DNA from: an uncultured Candidatus Peribacteria bacterium | GTDB taxonomy: Bacteria > Patescibacteriota > Gracilibacteria > Peribacterales > Peribacteraceae | DNA length: 40,105 nucleotides | NCBI GenBank assembly: GCA_964517345.1 | Contig: CAZFBZ010000003.1 | Coordinates: 1-40,105, forward strand | Direction: 5' to 3' | In this document: piece by piece, positions 7,787 through 15,849 of the stretch | Layout: each line of letters starts with the position of its first letter | Numbering within the stretch: the stretch's first letter is position 1 | The notes under the pieces: generated by a model | What the model saw: only the letters and a program-made list of their open reading frames with translations | Database searches by the model: none | Told to the model about the DNA's origin: nothing | Program-made: the position numbers and the translations under genes

Positions 7787-8449
7787 TTACTCGGTGGGGA
7801 CGAGGTAGCCCTTGCCGGGCACCGTCTGGATGACCTTTTTGCCCAGCTTACGGCGCAGGTAGGCCACATGAACATCCACGGTCTGCGAGAACATCAGTTC
7901 GTCGCGGCCGCCCCACACGTGCTCGATGATCCGGGGACGCTCCTGCACCGAGCCTTTGTTGCGCATCAGAAACTGGAGCAGTGCGTACTCTTTAGGCGAG
8001 AGATCGACCCTGCGGCCATCACGCGTCACTTCCTGCGTGTTGGCATCCAGCGAGACGTCGCCAGCCGTGATCTGGGGCTGCTTCTCGGCGGCATTGCGGC
8101 GCAGTAGCGCACGCACGCGGGCGAGAAGTTCCTCCAGATCGAAGGGCTTGGTGAGGTAATCGTCCGCGCCGATATCGAGACCTTTGACGATCTCCTCCTG
8201 CTTTGCGCGCGCAGTGAGCATGAGCACCGGCGTGTTTTTCTTGTTCTTCCGGAGCATCGTGCAGAGCACGTATCCGTCCATACCGGGCAGATTGATATCC
8301 AGGATGATCAGGTCAAACTCCTGGGTCATGGCCTTCTCGAATCCGTCGACACCATCATAGGCCACGGCCACGGCGTAGCGCTCGAGCTCGAGATACCGTC
8401 GGATGTTGTCCGCGAGCTTCTCCTGGTCTTCGATGAGCAGAATGTGCAT
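7787..8449 (-). CDS. OmpR/PhoB-family response regulator
   Basis: The receiver domain carries MHILLIEDQ, DLIILDINLPGMDG and LMLTA...KPF. The C-terminal winged-helix domain carries LSPKEYALLQFLM and TVDVHVAYLRRKL. Confidence 0.95.
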   Translation of the reverse strand: MHILLIEDQEKLADNIRRYLELERYAVAVAYDGVDGFEKAMTQEFDLIILDINLPGMDGYVLCTMLRKNKKNTPVLMLTARAKQEEIVKGLDIGADDYLTKPFDLEELLARVRALLRRNAAEKQPQITAGDVSLDANTQEVTRDGRRVDLSPKEYALLQFLMRNKGSVQERPRIIEHVWGGRDELMFSQTVDVHVAYLRRKLGKKVIQTVPGKGYLVPTE

Positions 8450-8472
8450 GGTCTGGAAGATAGTGGAGGCGG

Positions 8473-8490
8473 ATTAAGAGGAGATTAAGG
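8473..8490 (-). promoter_or_regulatory. Tandem heptamer boxes in front of the response-regulator operon (candidate autoregulatory site)
   Basis: The minus strand reads CCTTAAT-ctcc-TCTTAAT-N10-TATCTT-N7-ATG(8449). Confidence 0.5.
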
Positions 8491-8525
8491 ATATTCGTAA
8501 TTGCACGACAGATGAGCAGTATAGA

Positions 8526-8543
8526 CCTTAATCTCTTCTTAAT
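8526..8543 (+). promoter_or_regulatory. Tandem heptamer boxes in front of the cupredoxin gene promoter
   Basis: The + strand reads CCTTAAT-ctct-TCTTAAT-N10-TATACT (8554-8559). It is the reverse complement of 8473-8490 except for one spacer base. Confidence 0.5.
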
Positions 8544-8705
8544 CTTTAGCTTTTATACTCCATGCCTATGCACTGGCTCCTGACGCATCCATCGCCGTTT
8601 CTTACATGTTTTTTTCTCGTTCTTTCCTGTTCGAACCGTTGTGCCGGCCGCTAAGCTGTGCACGCTCAGCGAATCGTCTTTTATCGTTTTCCACTCCATC
8701 CCCGT

Positions 8706-9161
8706 ATGAAGAAATTCCTTCTCCTGTCCGGACTTGCCAGCGCGGCACTGCTCGCAGCCTGCAGCCAGTCCACCACCACGGGCAACACGCTGCCCACTGA
8801 CGTGCCTGCGGACACCTCGTCCTCGGTCGCGATCGTCGATGACACTGCATCCTCTGAGGCCGCCGATAAGCCCGTAGACGTCTCGGACGCCCGCATCATC
8901 GAAGTGAGCGCCAAAGACTGGGAGTTCTCTCCCAACGCCATCACCGCTTCGGTTGGCGAGAAGGTCGTGATCCGCGTCACCGGCGTCGAAGGCGAGCATA
9001 GCTTCGCCATCGCTGACCTCGGCATCAACGTCCCGGTCGCCGCAGGCGAAACGAAAGACATCCCACTCCCGACCGCTACGCCCGGCACGTTCGAGTTCCG
9101 CTGCCGCATCCCCTGCGGCCCGGGACACAAGGACATGACTGGCACCATCGTCATCAACTGA
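8706..9161 (+). CDS. Cupredoxin-fold lipoprotein with a CuA-type metal-binding motif
   Basis: MKKFLLLSGLASAALLAAC has a lipobox. The C-terminal domain carries H98-x34-C133-x3-C137-x3-H141-x2-M144 (FRCRIPCGPGHKDM). The track start 8658 is a GTG extension, which I rejected. Confidence 0.8.
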   Translation: MKKFLLLSGLASAALLAACSQSTTTGNTLPTDVPADTSSSVAIVDDTASSEAADKPVDVSDARIIEVSAKDWEFSPNAITASVGEKVVIRVTGVEGEHSFAIADLGINVPVAAGETKDIPLPTATPGTFEFRCRIPCGPGHKDMTGTIVIN

Positions 9162-9176
9162 TCTCCGGCCTACAAG

Positions 9177-9204
9177 AAAGGCGGCCCTGCGGCCGCCTTT
9201 TTTT
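9177..9204. terminator. Rho-independent terminator between convergent genes
   Basis: GGCGGCC-ctgc-GGCCGCC is followed by TTTTTTT and preceded by an A-rich stretch. Confidence 0.7.
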
Positions 9205-9221
9205 GTACAAAGGGCGAATGC

Positions 9222-9602
9222 TTACTCCTCGACCGCTTCCGAGGAGGACGAAGAGGATGTCGGCCAGGCGGCGGGCGGGTTGGGCATCGGCGGGCGGATC
9301 TTACGGATGGCGCGCATCACGCGGCGGCCCATCTGGTTCTGGCTGACCTCGGATGAAGACGAGGACGAGCTGGACTCGGATTGCTGCTCCGTCGGCGCGG
9401 CGCGATGAAGCTCGGGACGCTGCCTGCGGAAGTAGCGGGGCGTCACCGACGCGGCGAGGCTGTAGTTTGTCGCCGGTTCGTAGGAAAACGCCGAGGACGG
9501 CGTGTTCGCATACGAGACGAACGCGGCACTCTGATAGAGACAGAGGACCGTGAATGCGGCCGCAAAGGCGGTGCAGTGGTTCTTCGACGAGAAGAGTTTC
9601 AT
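9222..9602 (-). CDS. Small secreted Ser-rich protein, function unknown
   Basis: Has a signal-peptide-like N-terminus (MKLFSSKNHCTAFAAAFTVLCLYQSAAFVSYA), poly-Ser runs, and its own near-consensus promoter. Confidence 0.5.
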   Translation of the reverse strand: MKLFSSKNHCTAFAAAFTVLCLYQSAAFVSYANTPSSAFSYEPATNYSLAASVTPRYFRRQRPELHRAAPTEQQSESSSSSSSSEVSQNQMGRRVMRAIRKIRPPMPNPPAAWPTSSSSSSEAVEE

Positions 9603-9627
9603 GTGTGTATGTGGGGATTTATCTATT

Positions 9628-9655
9628 ATTATACACTTTTTATGAAATTATGCAA
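9628..9655 (-). promoter_or_regulatory. Sigma-70-type promoter for the Ser-rich secreted protein
   Basis: The minus strand reads TTGCAT (9655-9650), 16 nt, then TATAAT (9633-9628), 25 nt upstream of ATG 9602, in an AT-rich patch. Confidence 0.45.
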
Positions 9656-9670
9656 TATGCGACAGAAGCC

Positions 9671-10285
9671 CTATCCGCGGAGCCGTCCGGCCAGCCAGGT
9701 CACGGCTTTACCCTGCGGATCTGCGAGCTCCAGAAGTCGCAACAGTCCTTCGGTACAAGCCCTCCTCAGGCCTGGAACCGGCCTGTCTGTGCGCGGTCCG
9801 AATCCCAGTTCGGGGTGCGCCAGAAGGACTTCGTGGGTCGCAAGTATCGCTACAGAGATACCGTGGGCGCGGAAGTACCGCGCAGCGCGCGCGAGATGGC
9901 GCTCGCCGGTGACGAGCAGGACGGAACGCGACGCGAGGTCCGGATCGGCCCGGAGCATCCGCGCGCATCGTGCGACGGACCCGGCCGTATCCGGCCCCCC
10001 CGGTTCCACGGAGATGGCCTCTGCGGGAACTCCGGCCTGCAGTGCGACCGCACGCATGGTCTCGGCTTCCGTGATACGGTCGGGCGCCACTCCCCTGCCG
10101 GAAAACAGCAGGCGCGCGGCGGGGTGCTTCTTCCAGAGCGCGACTGCGGCGAGAGCCCGGGCCCGGGTGGACAGTCCCGCGCATGCATCCGCGTCCGCCA
10201 CAGTGAGCGTGTCACCCGGAGGCAGGGCGGCAATCGCCGCTGTATCCAGTCCGGCTCCGAGGGAGATGATCACGAAAGATTGCAC
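9671..10285 (-). CDS. DUF218 / YdcF-SanA-ElyC family protein
   Basis: ITEAETMRAVALQAGVPAEAISVEPGGPDTAGSV and LLVTGERHLARA resemble the conserved core of DUF218 proteins. The start codon is GTG. Confidence 0.75.
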   Translation of the reverse strand: MQSFVIISLGAGLDTAAIAALPPGDTLTVADADACAGLSTRARALAAVALWKKHPAARLLFSGRGVAPDRITEAETMRAVALQAGVPAEAISVEPGGPDTAGSVARCARMLRADPDLASRSVLLVTGERHLARAARYFRAHGISVAILATHEVLLAHPELGFGPRTDRPVPGLRRACTEGLLRLLELADPQGKAVTWLAGRLRG

Positions 10286-10291
10286 GCGCAG

Positions 10292-10300
10292 AGCGTACCA
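10292..10300 (-). promoter_or_regulatory. Extended -10 element TGgTACGCT, 6 nt upstream of GTG 10285
   Basis: The minus strand reads TGGTACGCT-ctgcgc-GTG. Confidence 0.4.
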
Positions 10301-10319
10301 TTCGCCGAGGCTCGGGCGC

Positions 10320-11534
10320 TCACTCGTAGCGCAAGGCTTCCATCGGGCTCAGATTGGCCGCCTTCTGCGCCGGATAGATGCCGAAGAGCAGGCCCGTTCC
10401 GACGGCCATGCCGACCGCCAACAGGATCGAGGAGACTGATACGACAAAGTCGAACTGGCCGAGCGCGGCGGCGGCGGCCTGCGACAGCAGCCAGCCCAGC
10501 GAGCTGCCGATGGCGATACCGATGGCTCCCCCCGTGAACGTCAGCGCGACCGCCTCCAGCAGGAACTGCAGCAGGATGTCCCGGCGGCGCGCACCCACCG
10601 CCTTGCGAAGTCCGATCTCGCGCGTCCGCTCGGTGACCGACACGAGCATGATGTTCATGATGCCGATGCCGCCGACGAGCAGCGAAATGCCCGCGACAAG
10701 CGACAGGAAGATCGTGAGGCCCAGCGTGACAGAACCGATGATCGAGGTGATTTGCTCCGCGCTGCGGGCCGTGAAGTCGTCTTTGTCCGGATCGTTCTCG
10801 GGATTCTTGATGCGGTGCCGCTGGCGGAGCAGCTCCGTGACGTCCTGCTGCGCGAGACGCGGATCCCCTTTGGTCTTGAGCGTGATGTAGCTCAGGTACT
10901 TCTGTCCGGTGATGGCGCGTGCCGTGGAGAACGGCATGTACACGGGCGTATCGAGCTCGGCGAGGAGCGCCGAACCGACGGCCTGGATCTTGCCCACGAT
11001 GAGCAGCGACGAGCCGCCGATGGTCAGCTTGCGGCCGATCGGGTCGACATCGCCAAAAATGTCCACGGCTGTCTGGTGCGAGATGATCGCGACCTGCTTG
11101 GCACCGTCCTCGTCGGTCTGGTCGAGCAGGCGCCCGGATTCCAGCTTGAGGCCGTAGTTGGTGAAGAACTCCCGGTGCGTTCCGAAAACCAGCGGATTCA
11201 CTGAATCTTTGCCGTACTCGACGCTCTTGGGGACGATGATCACGGGCACGACGCTCTCGACCGTCGAGAGCTTGCGGATCTCCTCATAGTCGTCGTAGGT
11301 GAGGCTCTCCAGGTTCCCGCCGAACTTCTGCAGACCGGTCGGGAAGATATCCATGGTGTTCGTACCGACGGATTCGACCTGCGTGATGATGTACTTCTGG
11401 AAACTGTTGCCCATCGACACCATCAGAACTACCGACGCGACACCGATGATGATGCCGAGCATCGTGAGCGCGGTCCGGGTCTTGTTGACCGTGATGCCGC
11501 GGAACGCCGTCGAGAGAAGGTCAGAGGAGAGCAT
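10320..11534 (-). CDS. MacB-type ABC transporter permease (MacB_PCD + FtsX), paralog 2
   Basis: Has N-terminal TM1 (TALTMLGIIIGVASVVLMVS), a large periplasmic-type domain, and C-terminal FtsX helices with ERTREIGLRKAVGARRRDILLQFLLEA. I moved the start to ATG 11534, 1 nt after the upstream stop codon. The track ORF extends spuriously to 11693. Confidence 0.9.
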   Translation of the reverse strand: MLSSDLLSTAFRGITVNKTRTALTMLGIIIGVASVVLMVSMGNSFQKYIITQVESVGTNTMDIFPTGLQKFGGNLESLTYDDYEEIRKLSTVESVVPVIIVPKSVEYGKDSVNPLVFGTHREFFTNYGLKLESGRLLDQTDEDGAKQVAIISHQTAVDIFGDVDPIGRKLTIGGSSLLIVGKIQAVGSALLAELDTPVYMPFSTARAITGQKYLSYITLKTKGDPRLAQQDVTELLRQRHRIKNPENDPDKDDFTARSAEQITSIIGSVTLGLTIFLSLVAGISLLVGGIGIMNIMLVSVTERTREIGLRKAVGARRRDILLQFLLEAVALTFTGGAIGIAIGSSLGWLLSQAAAAALGQFDFVVSVSSILLAVGMAVGTGLLFGIYPAQKAANLSPMEALRYE

Positions 11535-11535
11535 G

Positions 11536-12762
11536 TTATTCGTAGCGCAGGGCTTCGATGGGATGCAGGGCAGCAGCGCGGCGTGCCGGGGAGATGCCAA
11601 AGACGAGCCCAGTGACTGCGGCCATGATGAGCGCGGCGACCACCGCGGGCATGGAGACGGCAAACACGTAGGTGTTGAGCAGGCCATGGACAAAGATGGA
11701 GGCGACGTATGCCAGTCCGACGCCGAGCACCATGCCGATGAACCCGCCGATAGCGGTAAGAATGACGGATTCGGTGAGGAATTGGAGCAGCACGTCGCGG
11801 CCCCTGGCGCCCACGGCTTTGCGCAGGCCGATCTCGCGCGTCCGCTCGGTGACGGACACGAGCATGATGTTCATGATGCCGATGCCGCCGACGATCAGCG
11901 AGATCGCCGCGATGGTCGTGATGAACATGGTGAGGCCCAGCGAGACGCCGCCCAGGATGTCGCCCGCCTGCTGCGACGAGCGCACCACGAAGTCGTCCTT
12001 CTTGGGATCGTTCAGGGGATTATCAATGTCATGACGCTGCCGGAGCAGCGAGGTGACGTCTTCGATCGCGATGTCGAAGCTCCCGACCGATTGCATGGTG
12101 ACGTAGTTCACGTACTTCTGCCCCGTGATGTTGCGGGCGACGGTGTAGGGCACGTAGACGCGCGCATCGGCGTTCTGGAAGAACTGCGACCCGAGGGTCT
12201 TCATGATACCCACAACCGTAAAGTGATTGTCCCCGATCTTCACGCGCCTTCCGATGGGATCAGCGGACCCGAAGAGTTCGAATGCGACATCCGAGCCGAG
12301 CACGGCGTTGAACTTGGCGCCGTCCACGTCGCCGTCATCGAGCAGGCGCCCCTCGCTGACGCTGAGGTTTTGATTGCTGAAGAATTCCGTCACAACGCCG
12401 AGTGTCTGGGGCGAGTCGTCCTCGCGGCCGAAGCTGACCTCGCCGGGCAGGAAAATCACCGGCGCGACGGTCATGATCGTGCTGAGGTTCTCCAGCTGCT
12501 CCACGTCATCGAACGTCAGGCTGTCGTGTCCGGTGGTAACGGCGTTCGGCCCCTGATCGGCCTGTCCCGGGAAGATGACCATGCTTTTGGCTCCCAAGCT
12601 GCTGATCTGCCCGAGAATGACGCCCTTCATGCTCTCGCCGATGGAGCTCATGAGCACCACGGCGGCAATGCCGATGATGATGCCAAGCATCGTCAGGACT
12701 GAGCGCGACGTATTGGTCGTCACTCCCCGAATGGCCGTCTTGAGGGTGTCGCGGTACTTCAC
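11536..12762 (-). CDS. MacB-type ABC transporter permease (MacB_PCD + FtsX), paralog 1
   Basis: Same architecture as paralog 2, with ERTREIGLRKAVGARGRDVLLQFLTES. It shares a ~70-nt near-identical DNA stretch with the downstream paralog. Confidence 0.9.
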   Translation of the reverse strand: MKYRDTLKTAIRGVTTNTSRSVLTMLGIIIGIAAVVLMSSIGESMKGVILGQISSLGAKSMVIFPGQADQGPNAVTTGHDSLTFDDVEQLENLSTIMTVAPVIFLPGEVSFGREDDSPQTLGVVTEFFSNQNLSVSEGRLLDDGDVDGAKFNAVLGSDVAFELFGSADPIGRRVKIGDNHFTVVGIMKTLGSQFFQNADARVYVPYTVARNITGQKYVNYVTMQSVGSFDIAIEDVTSLLRQRHDIDNPLNDPKKDDFVVRSSQQAGDILGGVSLGLTMFITTIAAISLIVGGIGIMNIMLVSVTERTREIGLRKAVGARGRDVLLQFLTESVILTAIGGFIGMVLGVGLAYVASIFVHGLLNTYVFAVSMPAVVAALIMAAVTGLVFGISPARRAAALHPIEALRYE

Positions 12763-12793
12763 GGAGCGGAAAAGTCAGGAAGAAAACGGCTGC

Positions 12794-13552
12794 TCACTTG
12801 AGAGCCTTGCGTTCGACGGCCAGAACCCTGCGGAAATCCTTGCTGTCGGATTCGATGCGCCCGTCGCGGATATGGATGATGCGCTCGGCATGTTCGGCCG
12901 TGGCACGCTCGTGGGTGACGAGGATGATGGTGTGTCCCTGTTCGTGGAGGAACTGCAAGGCTTCCATGACGGCGACGCCGGAGGCGGAATCGAGGTTGCC
13001 CGTCGGCTCGTCGGCGAAGATCACATCCGGCTCGGTCACAAGGGCGCGGGCGATGGCGACGCGCTGCTTCTGGCCGCCGGAAAGCTGGCTGGAAAGGAAT
13101 TGTGCGCGATCCGTGAGGCCCACGAGATCGATGGCCTTGTGAGCGCGCTGCTCGCGCTCCGATTCTTTGATGGTCGGGTGATAGAGCAGCGGCAGCAGCA
13201 CGTTCTGCATCACCGTCGTGCGCGGCAGCAGGTTGAACGCCTGGAAGACGAAACTCACGCGCGTCGCGCGGATACGGGCGAGGGCGTCGTCATCCATCGA
13301 TTCCGTCGGCTTGCCCTGGAAGAGATATTCGCCGACCGTATGGTTATCCAGGAAACCCAGGATGTGCATCAGCGTCGACTTGCCGGATCCGGACGGACCC
13401 ATGATGGCCAGGAACTCTCCTTTGTTGATCGTCAGGTTGATATCGAACAGCACGGGCGTTTCGATCTCCTCATTAAAGTACGATTTGCCGAGGTGCCTCA
13501 GCTCGATGAGCGGAAGGGCGTCGGCAGTCTTCTTGGAGGGCTGGGCAATCAT
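12794..13552 (-). CDS. ABC transporter ATP-binding protein (MacB/LolD-type)
   Basis: Walker A GPSGSGKST, signature LSGGQKQR, Walker B FADEPTGNLD, and H-loop TH. Confidence 0.95.
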   Translation of the reverse strand: MIAQPSKKTADALPLIELRHLGKSYFNEEIETPVLFDINLTINKGEFLAIMGPSGSGKSTLMHILGFLDNHTVGEYLFQGKPTESMDDDALARIRATRVSFVFQAFNLLPRTTVMQNVLLPLLYHPTIKESEREQRAHKAIDLVGLTDRAQFLSSQLSGGQKQRVAIARALVTEPDVIFADEPTGNLDSASGVAVMEALQFLHEQGHTIILVTHERATAEHAERIIHIRDGRIESDSKDFRRVLAVERKALK

Positions 13553-13576
13553 GGGGGCAAAGGGAACGGGAGGGGA

Positions 13577-15331
13577 TCACTTCTTCTCGAGAACCACGAT
13601 GGTCTCGCCTTCCGCGATACCGGAGAGAATCTCCACATCACCCGAGGCGCCTTCCATGCCAATCGCGACTGGGCGATTCTCGACGGTCTTGTCCTCCAGC
13701 AGGACACGGACGTACTGCGTGCCATCGGCCTCTTCCAGAACGGCGCGGCGCGGAACATGAAGAACATCCGTGCGCTCGCCCGTGATGATCTCGGCGTCGC
13801 CAGTCATGCCGATCTTCAGCTCGGTGTGCGGGTACACGAAATCCAGTTTGACGCGGTACTTGGAGACGCCGTCCTTGTCGGTGGACGCGGTGTCGACCTC
13901 GCCGACGCGGAGCGCGAAGTGCGTGCCGCGGAAAGCATCGAGCTCGATGGAGCCGGTCTGCGTGAGCTGCACCTTGGGAATGTCGATCTCGGAGACGAAC
14001 ATCTCCACGCGGAACGGCGTGTCACCGAGGAGCGTGACGGCGGCACCCGCCGGAAGCGACTCGCCGATGCGGATGTTCACATGCGTCACGGTGCCGGCGA
14101 TGGGCGCCACCAGCACGGTATCGGAGAGATCCGCGGACGCGCGGGCGAGGTTGGCCTGCGCGGCGCGGAGCCGGGCGCGGGCAGCCTCGATGTCCGTCGG
14201 GCGGGCGCCGGCCTTCTTGAGGGCCAGAGACGCTTCCTGGGTACGGAGAGCGGTTTCAAATGTGCGGATGTCGGCTTCGGCCTTGGCTTTGGCGCCTTCA
14301 CTGGCTGAAAGACTGGAACGTTCCGTGGCGAGGCGCGTGTCATACGCGGCGGCGTCGCTTTGGAACGCAGAATATGCGCTGCTCAGCGACGTGAGCGCAC
14401 TTTGAATCTCGGAACGCGCGGTATTGAGCGTGGTCTTATAGGTCTCGCGGTCGGAGTTCGTGAAGTAGCTCGTCTCCGGCAGCTCGACGATCAGCCCGAA
14501 CGCGCGGGAGACGGCAGAGGTGCCTTCGTTGAGCGAGGTCTGCGCCTGCTGCAGGAGCTGCAGCGCGGTCTGGTAGTCGTTCACAGTCGCGGTTTTGGCA
14601 TTGACCATCGTGAGCGCATCCCAGGCACGGCGCTTCTGGGCGATGATCTCGGCGTCGGCGCCGGGACGGTATTTGACCACGGCGTCCTGCACGATGGTCT
14701 TGCCGAAGACATCGTCGATCACGGAGAGCGCGCTCTGCGCCGCTACGACCTGCTGCTGGAGTGTGCTGCGCGCGGTGCTCACCTGTCCGGCAAGGGCCGT
14801 ATCGGCCTCCTGTTCGAGAACGACGAGCTTGGCCTTGGATTGTTCCAGATTCTGCTCCGCGGTCTTCAGGGCGGACCTGGAGGCATCCAGCTGGGCGCGG
14901 CTGTTGGCCACCTGTGCCTCCTGGATAGCGATGTCCTCCGGACGGTTGCCCTGTTCAAGAGCCTGAAGATCGATCTGGGCCTGTTGTACCGCGGCTACCT
15001 GCGCGGCAACGCTGGCGCCCAGGCTGCCCGATCGGAGCTGGGCGAGGCGCTGGCCCGCCTGGACCTTCGCGCCTTCTTTGACATACACGTTGGACACAAT
15101 GCCGACGCCGGCAAAGCGCAGCTCAAGCTCGCGCTCGGAGACGACCGTGCCGACGGCCTCGACCGTCTGGGTCAGGTCGCCGCTGGCGGCTTCCGCCGTC
15201 AGGTATTCGGGCTGCTTGGGCTTGGAACCCTGGATGATCCCGAACCCCACGAGGGCCAGAACGATCGCGGCGGCGATGCTCTTCTTTTTATGCTTCTTGA
15301 GGATGCCGAGGAATTTACGGATGATGCTCAT
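13577..15331 (-). CDS. HlyD/MacA-family periplasmic adaptor (membrane fusion protein) with a very long coiled-coil hairpin
   Basis: Has an N-terminal TM anchor, a lipoyl-like half (VKEGAKVQAGQRLAQL ... VLVAPIAGTVTHVNI), and a beta-barrel/MP domain at the C-terminus. About 315 aa of Ala/Gln-rich helical sequence lie between the lipoyl halves. Confidence 0.85.
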   Translation of the reverse strand: MSIIRKFLGILKKHKKKSIAAAIVLALVGFGIIQGSKPKQPEYLTAEAASGDLTQTVEAVGTVVSERELELRFAGVGIVSNVYVKEGAKVQAGQRLAQLRSGSLGASVAAQVAAVQQAQIDLQALEQGNRPEDIAIQEAQVANSRAQLDASRSALKTAEQNLEQSKAKLVVLEQEADTALAGQVSTARSTLQQQVVAAQSALSVIDDVFGKTIVQDAVVKYRPGADAEIIAQKRRAWDALTMVNAKTATVNDYQTALQLLQQAQTSLNEGTSAVSRAFGLIVELPETSYFTNSDRETYKTTLNTARSEIQSALTSLSSAYSAFQSDAAAYDTRLATERSSLSASEGAKAKAEADIRTFETALRTQEASLALKKAGARPTDIEAARARLRAAQANLARASADLSDTVLVAPIAGTVTHVNIRIGESLPAGAAVTLLGDTPFRVEMFVSEIDIPKVQLTQTGSIELDAFRGTHFALRVGEVDTASTDKDGVSKYRVKLDFVYPHTELKIGMTGDAEIITGERTDVLHVPRRAVLEEADGTQYVRVLLEDKTVENRPVAIGMEGASGDVEILSGIAEGETIVVLEKK

Positions 15332-15350
15332 GGGAGGAGAAAAAAGGAAT

Positions 15351-15803
15351 TCAGGAGTGGGCGTGCTGGTACTGGGAGATCAGTTTCTCATGGATGGTAG
15401 CGAGGGCATTCTGTTCGTCCCTGCTGAGGAGACGAAACAGCTCCCGGACGACTTTCTGCCGCTCGCGGAATTTGGAGCGCAACATGCTGCTGCCTGCAGG
15501 CAAAATGCGCAAGCGAACAAGCTTTCTATTATCAGGATCTCGCAGCCGGCCGACCCAGCGGAGCCTGACGAGGCGGTTGACCAATGACGTAGCTGAAGGC
15601 GAGGAGACGTGAAGGCTCTTGGCGAGTTCCTTCATGGTAATGCCCTTCTGCTCGCTCACGATCATCAGGGCATGCATCTGGAGGAAGTTGATCACGCCGG
15701 CGCCGCGCTGCTCGCAGCTCATCATCCGGTGGCGCATGATGCGTCCGAATTCGAAGGTGCTCTCGATGATGCGGTCGATGGGATCTCGCGCGGATCGGGG
15801 CAT
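15351..15803 (-). CDS. MarR-family transcriptional regulator
   Basis: Has the winged-HTH pattern (ITMKELAKSLHVSSPSATSLVNRLVRLRWVGRLRDPDNRKLVRLRILPAG). It is the first gene of the efflux operon. Confidence 0.9.
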   Translation of the reverse strand: MPRSARDPIDRIIESTFEFGRIMRHRMMSCEQRGAGVINFLQMHALMIVSEQKGITMKELAKSLHVSSPSATSLVNRLVRLRWVGRLRDPDNRKLVRLRILPAGSSMLRSKFRERQKVVRELFRLLSRDEQNALATIHEKLISQYQHAHS

Positions 15804-15814
15804 ACTGAATGAAA

Positions 15815-15825
15815 CTAATGATTAG
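15815..15825. promoter_or_regulatory. Palindrome CTAAT-g-ATTAG overlapping the -10 of the MarR operon (candidate MarR operator)
   Basis: A 5+1+5 inverted repeat that overlaps TAGTTT (15812-15817, minus strand), which lies 8 nt upstream of ATG 15803. Confidence 0.25.
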
Positions 15826-15849
15826 AGTGTTTAATAATATCGAACGTTA

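Noticed and set aside
6563-8107. Very long antisense ORFs: 6563..8107 +, 11299..12702 +, 12575..14308 +, 14360..15400 +, 18239..19909 -, 20513..21502 +, 24942..26507 +, 27020..28495 +, 29491..30423 +, 31881..33215 +, 38427..40034 -, and similar.
   Set aside because: Each lies opposite a gene with unmistakable family motifs (HK/RR, FtsX permeases, ABC ATPase, adaptor, FtsK, helicase, RpoD, DnaG, RsmB/F, Der). Each has the Arg/Ala/Gly/His/Asp-heavy composition expected from stop-codon depletion on the antisense strand of GC-rich genes. I see no independent evidence that they are coding.
8472-8545. The 19-bp imperfect inverted repeat, considered as transposon terminal repeats, a MITE, or a large RNA hairpin.
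   Set aside because: The arms are only 36 bp apart, with no target-site duplication. Each arm is internally a direct repeat at 11-bp spacing. A third copy in single orientation exists at 6572-6589 with the same distance to a -10 box. Operator sites explain all three, and a mobile element does not.
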